Positions 62,001 through 64,000 of a stretch of 64,000 nucleotides of DNA are shown here, piece by piece. The notes below the pieces were generated by a model, which saw only the letters and a list, made by a program, of their open reading frames with translations, had not been told where the DNA came from and did not search any database. Position 1 is the stretch's first letter. Every line of letters starts with the position of its first letter. The stretch lies in assembly GCF_004010195.1 (NCBI RefSeq), contig NC_057746.1, positions 16,812,820 through 16,876,819 on the forward strand, in the 5' to 3' direction. This DNA is from Chiloscyllium plagiosum (Eukaryota). Position numbers and translations under genes: made by a program.

Positions 62001-62975
62001 AGGTAGGAGTTTATGAAAAAGTGGCAGCTCCTCCCTGGGAATTCAGGGGGTGGAGAGCCTGAAGAGGGGTTTCCCACAGTAGGGTTCAGGGCCCAAGGTG
62101 TGTGCGCACGCGTGTGTGTGCATGTGCGCGACAGATGGGGGAAGACCCTCTGTGTTTGGAGGTTGGTCTCAAGGCTTTACAGGAGCTCAGGCTGTGGGGA
62201 GAAGGCCTCAGTTTGTGAAGCAAGATAGGAGATGGAACCCTGTTCCTTAGGGTAGGTAGGAGTACATGTAGGTTCTCTGGGTACATATGAGTGTAAAGTC
62301 ATTTCAGATTGTGGATGACTGTCAGTTTGGTGTTGGATATTAGCGGCTCAGGGCAAATTTAATAATGAAGGACTGAGCCTGGATGTGAGCGTGGATCTTG
62401 GGTACCGGTCAGGGTGAGAGCCTTGGGTAGGTGTCTCATTGGGAATAGTGGTCTCAAGAGGCTTCATGTCCATCGCTCCCTTTCTTTTGGAGTTTCCACC
62501 TCTCTCTGTTCTGTGATTCAATGGCTCTTTTTTTGGGTCAATCACCTAAATATTCCTTGTTTTTGCAGAGAAAGTGAAGAATGGCTACGATCCCACAAAC
62601 AGTAAGCTGATAATTTGGACATTTCTGGATCTCTATTATTGTGAAACTAACTCTTCTTTTTGTGTTAGATGGATATAATGGCTTGTTTCTATGTCTGTGT
62701 GTTATACACTGTCTCCCTATATCTTTCTTTCTTTTCTGTCTGTTTTGATCTCTGTACCTGCTTCCATTGTGTCTCTGGTCTGGGTATATTTATCCACCTC
62801 TCTGTGAGTATTTATCACACTTCTTTTTCCCCTCTGTCTGTTTCCCCTTCACACACTCCTTCTCTTTGTCTTGTGTTCTGTCACAGTATCTCTGATAATG
62901 AACAGTTTTTTAATGCCTCTTTTTCCATTAACAGCTGATGATAGGACACCCTCAGACGGTTCTACCAATACCTAA
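52972..62975 (+). CDS. Non-classical MHC class I heavy chain, copy D; intact 7-exon gene, 341 aa
   Basis: Exons 52972-53020 (MIGLLVLGLLCGNLCA), 57347-57607 (alpha1), 58568-58840 (alpha2), 58958-59221 (alpha3), 61898-62002 (TM), 62569-62601 (EKVKNGYDPTN), 62935-62975 (TDDRTPSDGSTNT*). All introns are phase-1 GT-AG, total 1026 nt, open frame. Both disulfide Cys pairs and the N86 glycan site (NQT) are conserved. Confidence 0.92.
53096..53106 (+). promoter_or_regulatory. ISRE-like element in intron 1 of copy D
   Basis: GAAAGCGAAAC matches GAAANNGAAAC. Confidence 0.4.
53510..55520 (-). mobile_element. Cluster of minus-strand CR1 3' fragments (about 53510-53690, 53985-54375, 54640-55520) with a SINE fragment (about 53700-53860, +)
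   Basis: ORF 54163-54354 MLPGLEGLFYEERMMKLGLFSLE..RGDLIKVYKIM; reverse-complement CR1 3' UTRs. Confidence 0.75.
56446..56649. mobile_element. Palindromic Penelope-like insert with CTGATGA hammerhead core (56560 onward)
   Basis: Inverted arms; 18-bp TSD with 2 mismatches (56428-56445 / 56650-56667). Confidence 0.78.
57347..57607 (+). CDS. MHC class I copy D alpha1 exon
   Basis: (D)THSLRYFFTAMTPVPAFPQFVIVGYVDGVQFVTYNSD...EGPEAWKRKL...RNNQTD. Confidence 0.92.
57790..58537 (+). mobile_element. Retroelement insertion in intron 2 of copy D, with a nested minus-strand HE1-like SINE (about 58070-58386)
   Basis: 5-bp TSD tgatt (57785-57789 / 58538-58542); (attca)n tail; absent from intron 2 of copy B. 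Confidence 0.7.
58568..58840 (+). CDS. MHC class I copy D alpha2 exon
   Basis: GIHTYQMMTGCDL...QYGWNGQD...IKNRWD...HYLDVECVDWLKRYLEYG; 273 nt. Confidence 0.92.
58958..59221 (+). CDS. MHC class I copy D alpha3 exon
   Basis: (V)PPDVSF...LSCLVTAFYPQAIEVTLWRDG...YSCQVEHSGL; 264 nt. Confidence 0.92.
61898..62002 (+). CDS. MHC class I copy D transmembrane exon
   Basis: (V)PTSRSQVPMTVGILLGVLGIVALAVAAFFIYKKK. Confidence 0.9.
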
Positions 62976-63394
62976 GATACGAGTAGTGTTGGTCAAAAGT
63001 GAGAAGAATGTTGTAACTGGGAAATTGGAGCTGGTGTTAACTGCAATCCGAAGGGTGAACGCTGAGCTCTGTGACTGTCTCCCTGCTGTCAAAAAAGACC
63101 AGCTCATATGGTTCAACACTGAACTTTAAGACTTACCTTCTGGAAATAGTTGCTACAGTATGGGCCTGAGCGTTAAGATATATTGGAGGTGGGGTTTGGC
63201 ATAGAGAAATATCTCAAAACTACTTATTGTGGATAAGATAAAATAAAAAAAACTGCAGATGCTGGAAATCTTGAATCAAAAGGAAGCAGAAATTGCTGGT
63301 AAAACTCCACAGGTCAGGTAGCAAGTGTGGAAAGAGAGCAGATTTAACGTTTTGGGTTCAGTGACCCTTCTTGGGAACTGAAGGTTTTTAAAAA

Positions 63395-63850
63395 TTCACT
63401 CATGATATGGTCATGCTGCTGGGCCAGCATTTCTTGCTGTCCTAGTTACCCTTGAAGGTGGCAGCAATTTACCTTCTTGAATTGTTGCAATCCATCTACT
63501 ATAGCTAAACCCCACAATGACCTTAGAAAAAGAGTTCCAGAACTCTGTTCCAGCATCACTGAAGGAACGGTAAAATATTTCCAAGGGTGATGAGTGGCTT
63601 GGAAGGAAACTTGCAGGTGGTGGTGTTCCCATGTATATGCTGCCCTTGTTCTTCCAGATGGAGATGGTCAGATGTTGGAAAGATATTGTCAAAAAATGGT
63701 TGGCAAATCTGTGCAGGTCACCTTGCATAAATAGTACACTGCTACTGTGCATCTGGTGGTGGAAGGAGTGAAAGTTTGTGGATGCAGTGCCAATCACAAG
63801 TAGCTTGGAAAAGATGTTGTATGTGCTGCATGCAGGGATAGGAGTGATGG
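63395..63850 (-). mobile_element. Ancient retroelement 3' fragment (related copies at about 27560-27850 and 59940-60240)
   Basis: Reverse-complement similarity to gcaataaat(g/a)ctg.cccagc / ccttctcagtggcaactg in the intron 4 copies. Confidence 0.5.
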
Positions 63851-64000
63851 ATGGAGATGCAGAGAGAATGACCATTAGATTGACCGAGAAATGGATGATA
63901 ACATGTAAGAGAGAAAGAAAAATTGCTGGTTATGGGGAACATAAGTAGGTGAAAATGGGTTAGCTGTGCTGAAAGCAGACCATGCTGTGACAGGCTGGAT

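Overview
Eukaryotic, repeat-rich genomic DNA, most likely from a cartilaginous fish (shark). This is inferred from HE1-type SINEs, CR1 LINEs, Penelope-derived repeats, a GPR139-like orphan GPCR and shark-type MHC class I sequences. The window starts with an intact 2-exon rhodopsin-family orphan GPCR (671-2379). A head-to-tail tandem array of non-classical MHC class I heavy-chain cassettes follows on the + strand. Copy A is a decayed pseudogene (about 7856-9000). Copy B has all 7 exons (22185-32035) but carries a +1 frameshift in alpha2 and a damaged cytoplasmic exon. Copy C is an orphan promoter plus leader exon (48232-48280). Copy D is an apparently intact 7-exon gene of 341 aa (52972-62975). 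B and D share an unusual peptide-groove A-pocket (Y59A with a basic KRK run) whose codons differ only synonymously between them. The intergenic DNA holds nested CR1 LINEs, tRNA-derived SINEs, a Gypsy integrase relic, solo LTRs and a 39-bp minisatellite. It also holds a family of short palindromic Penelope-like inserts with minimal hammerhead-ribozyme cores and 12-18 bp target-site duplications (TSDs). Two retroelement fragments are captured between unusually long (45 and 65 bp) direct duplications. Repeat boundaries are approximate, and family names come from pattern recognition, not from database searches.
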